Positions 29,621-32,000 of a DNA stretch of 32,000 bases are shown in pieces. Source of the DNA: Xylanibacter ruminicola 23. Its GTDB lineage: Bacteria; Bacteroidota; Bacteroidia; Bacteroidales; Bacteroidaceae. The translations under genes and the position numbers were made by a program. Location: NCBI RefSeq assembly GCF_000025925.1, contig NC_014033.1, forward strand, positions 3,330,001 through 3,362,000, read 5' to 3'. The notes beneath the pieces are model-generated. The model saw nothing but the letters and a program-made list of their open reading frames with translations. It did no database searches and was not told the DNA's origin. Position 1 is the first letter of the stretch. Each line of letters opens with the position of its first letter.

Positions 29621-32000
29621 ATGAATAAAAGACTGATTTTGTTGAAGACATTGGCATTTTTGGTGTGCGTAACAGCTGTCTCTCAGTTGAAGGCGGCCAG
29701 CCAATTTGTGTCGTTCCTGCCAGAGGCTGATGCCTGGCAGTTGAAGAACCTGACTGTTGGCTTGAGTCAGAAAGAGCATAGTTGTGTGCAGCTGGCAGCC
29801 AAAAATCTCTTGGTGGATTTTGAGAAAGTAACGGGGCGGAAAGCATCGCTCTCGGAGGGTGCCGCCGAGGTGCTGGTTGGTACGGTGGGGTGTAACCCGC
29901 AGATTGACCAATGGGTGAAGCAGGGTGTGCTGCCTGGTTTGAAGGGTAAGACCGAGAAATATATCATTAAGACCATCGGCAGTCAGCTGGTGATTGCCGG
30001 TAGTGATAAGCGTGGTACGGTATATGGAATCTATGAGCTGTCGAAGCAGATCGGTGTGTCGCCATGGTATTATTGGGCCGACGTACCTGTAGAGCAGCAT
30101 GCTGCTATATATATTAATAAAGGTGAGTATACCGACGGCGAGCCTGCTGTTCGCTATCGTGGCTTATTCCTGAATGATGAGGCGCCTTGCTTGACTACAT
30201 GGGTAAAGAATACTTTTGATACCAATTATGGTGGTCATCAGTTCTACGAAAAGGTGTTTGAGCTGATTCTGCGTCTGAAAGGTAACTACCTGTGGCCAGC
30301 CATGTGGGGATGGGCTTTCTATGCCGATGATCCTGAGAACCTGAAGACAGCCGATAGGATGGGTGTGATGATGGGTACGTCGCATCACGAGCCTATGGCA
30401 CGTAACCACCAGGAGTATGCTCGCCATCGTAAAGAGTGGGGTGCTTGGAACTATTCTACGAATAAAGATAATCTGGATCGCTTCTTCCGTGAGGGTATCG
30501 AGCGTATGAAGAATACCGACGACATTGTGACCATTGGTATGCGTGGCGATGGTGATGAGGCTATGGGAAACGGTACTGATACGCGTTTGCTCGAGGAGAT
30601 TATCAATAACCAGCGTCGTATTATTAAAGAGGTGACCAAGCGTCCGGCTAAGGAAACACCTCAGATCTGGGCCTTATATAAAGAGGTACAGGATTATTAT
30701 GATGCCGGTTTGCGTGTGCCCGATGATGTAACCATTCTGCTTTGTGACGATAACTGGGGTAACGTGCGCCGTATTCCTACTGCTGAAGAAAAGAAACGTA
30801 AAGGCGGATGGGGATTGTACTACCATGTAGATTATGTGGGTGCGCCCCGTAACTCGAAGTGGATTAATGTAACGCCCATTCAGAATATGTGGGAGCAGTT
30901 GCAGTTGGCCTACAATGGTGGCATCCAGAAACTGTGGATACTGAATGTAGGTGATCTGAAGCCAATGGAGTATCCTATCCAACTGTTTATGGATATGGCT
31001 TGGGATCCTGCTAAGTATCAGGTTGACAATCTGTTGGATCACACCCGTGATTTCTGTGCCGAGAGTTTTGGTGTGCCGCATGCAGATGAGGCTGCATCAA
31101 TCCTGAACCTGGTTTGCAAGTACAACGGACGTATCACCTCGGAGATGTTGGATGCACGTACCTATACCTGTGACGAGTTTGAACGTGTGGTAAACGAGTA
31201 CAAGGCCTTGGAAACCCGTGCGTTGCGTTTGTTCTTAGAGTTGAAACCTGAGTGCCAGGATGCTTATCGCCAGCTTGTGCTCTTCCCTGTACAGGCCATG
31301 GGTAATATCTATGAGATGTATTATGCACAGGCCATGAACCTGCAGCTGGCTAAGAATCATGATCCAGAAGCCAACGAGTGGGCCGACCGCTGTCGTCAGG
31401 CTTTTAAACGCGATTCGTTGCTGTGTAACTATTATAATAAGGTGATGGCCCGCGGTAAGTGGGATGGCATGATGATCCAGAAACATATCAGCTATCGCAC
31501 ATGGAACGATAACTTCCGTGCCGATGTTTGCCCACGTCTGGTTGAGGTGCCCACCCCTGTCAGCGGACCGGTATTCTCGCCCAGCGATGGTTATATCAGC
31601 ATAGAGGCTGAGCATACCTATAGTCGTGAGGATGCTAAAAATGCTACTTGGACGGTGATTCCTTATATGGGGCGTACGTTGAGTGGCATCTCGCTGATGC
31701 CTTATACTGCTTCTACCGATCAGGCCAAACTGACTTATCAGTTCAAGGCTGCTGATGTAAAGACGGTAAAGGTGCATGTGGTGACAAAATCAACTCTCGA
31801 CTTCCTGGATAAGGGTGGCTTGATTTACGACTTGGCTATCGATGGCAAGCAGCCCGTGGCTGTGAACTTTAATAAAGACCTGAACGAGAAGCCTGAGAAT
31901 ATTTACACGGTTTACTACCCAACGATTGCCAAGCGTGTGGTTGAGATGGTAGTGGAGTTGCCAGTTGATGCCAATGAGAAGGTACACACACTGACCCTCC
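29621..32000 (+). CDS. Glycoside hydrolase family 115 (xylan alpha-1,2-glucuronidase), 5' part; runs off the window end
   Basis: Not in the ORF track (no stop before 32000). Hand translation from ATG 29621: MNKRLILLKTLAFLVCVTAVSQ...GSDKRGTVYGIYELSKQIGVSPWYYWADVPVEQH...RYRGLFLNDEAPCLTTW...MGTSHHEPMARN...IGMRGDGDEAM. I recognise these motifs as GH115. Confidence 0.85.
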   Translation, partial: MNKRLILLKTLAFLVCVTAVSQLKAASQFVSFLPEADAWQLKNLTVGLSQKEHSCVQLAAKNLLVDFEKVTGRKASLSEGAAEVLVGTVGCNPQIDQWVKQGVLPGLKGKTEKYIIKTIGSQLVIAGSDKRGTVYGIYELSKQIGVSPWYYWADVPVEQHAAIYINKGEYTDGEPAVRYRGLFLNDEAPCLTTWVKNTFDTNYGGHQFYEKVFELILRLKGNYLWPAMWGWAFYADDPENLKTADRMGVMMGTSHHEPMARNHQEYARHRKEWGAWNYSTNKDNLDRFFREGIERMKNTDDIVTIGMRGDGDEAMGNGTDTRLLEEIINNQRRIIKEVTKRPAKETPQIWALYKEVQDYYDAGLRVPDDVTILLCDDNWGNVRRIPTAEEKKRKGGWGLYYHVDYVGAPRNSKWINVTPIQNMWEQLQLAYNGGIQKLWILNVGDLKPMEYPIQLFMDMAWDPAKYQVDNLLDHTRDFCAESFGVPHADEAASILNLVCKYNGRITSEMLDARTYTCDEFERVVNEYKALETRALRLFLELKPECQDAYRQLVLFPVQAMGNIYEMYYAQAMNLQLAKNHDPEANEWADRCRQAFKRDSLLCNYYNKVMARGKWDGMMIQKHISYRTWNDNFRADVCPRLVEVPTPVSGPVFSPSDGYISIEAEHTYSREDAKNATWTVIPYMGRTLSGISLMPYTASTDQAKLTYQFKAADVKTVKVHVVTKSTLDFLDKGGLIYDLAIDGKQPVAVNFNKDLNEKPENIYTVYYPTIAKRVVEMVVELPVDANEKVHTLTL

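Noticed and set aside
1-32000. Search by eye for rRNA, tRNA, CRISPR arrays, IS transposases, integrases, toxin-antitoxin pairs or phage genes
   Set aside because: I found none. There are no regularly spaced 25-40-nt direct repeats and no cloverleaf-capable GC-rich ~75-nt segments in the intergenic regions. No ORF has DDE, tyrosine- or serine-recombinase motifs. This reading was done without search tools and could miss degenerate elements.

Overview
Bacteroidales-type chromosomal segment, Prevotella-like: exact TAnnTTTG -7 promoter boxes precede most genes, and there are HTCS regulators and a glycoside-hydrolase cluster. Layout: (i) 1-2364(-) is the N-terminal sensor half of a hybrid two-component system (HTCS) that runs off the window. 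(ii) About 2.4-16.4 kb is an accessory block. Two Arch_ATPase-type NTPases (2546-3670 +; 14383-15645 -, the latter with a C-terminal PD-(D/E)xK/DUF234-like module) bracket a divergent gene pair. One side is a lipoprotein-anchored TPR / single-TM / LuxR-like HTH regulator (3719-5239 -). The other is a co-directional run (5417-10806 +) encoding a DUF3244-like secreted protein, two paralogous Cys-rich secreted mini-proteins, two GLPGLI-family paralogs and a CarboxypepD_reg/plug/barrel TonB-dependent receptor. Next come blaI/blaR1-like genes (M56 peptidase fused to a CarboxypepD_reg domain) and a TlpA-type thiol-disulfide oxidoreductase (10990-13726 +). A 650-bp gene-free convergent spacer follows, packed with repeats (a 22-bp x3 dyad array and a ~215-nt nested inverted-repeat element), then a small OM beta-barrel gene. 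(iii) 16.6-32 kb is a xylan-utilisation cluster: GH10-CE1 xylanase/esterase fusion, GH95, GH3 with PA14 insert, an orphan C-terminally anchored PotD-like binding protein, a complete HTCS, and GH115 (runs off the window). I recognised no rRNA, tRNA, CRISPR array, transposase or integrase. The best candidate for an undescribed system is the TPR-HTH / mini-protein / GLPGLI / TonB-receptor / BlaR1 / TlpA envelope locus (3.7-13.7 kb). All functional statements about it are inference from domain content and gene order. Family names are recognised by eye from motifs, not from database searches.
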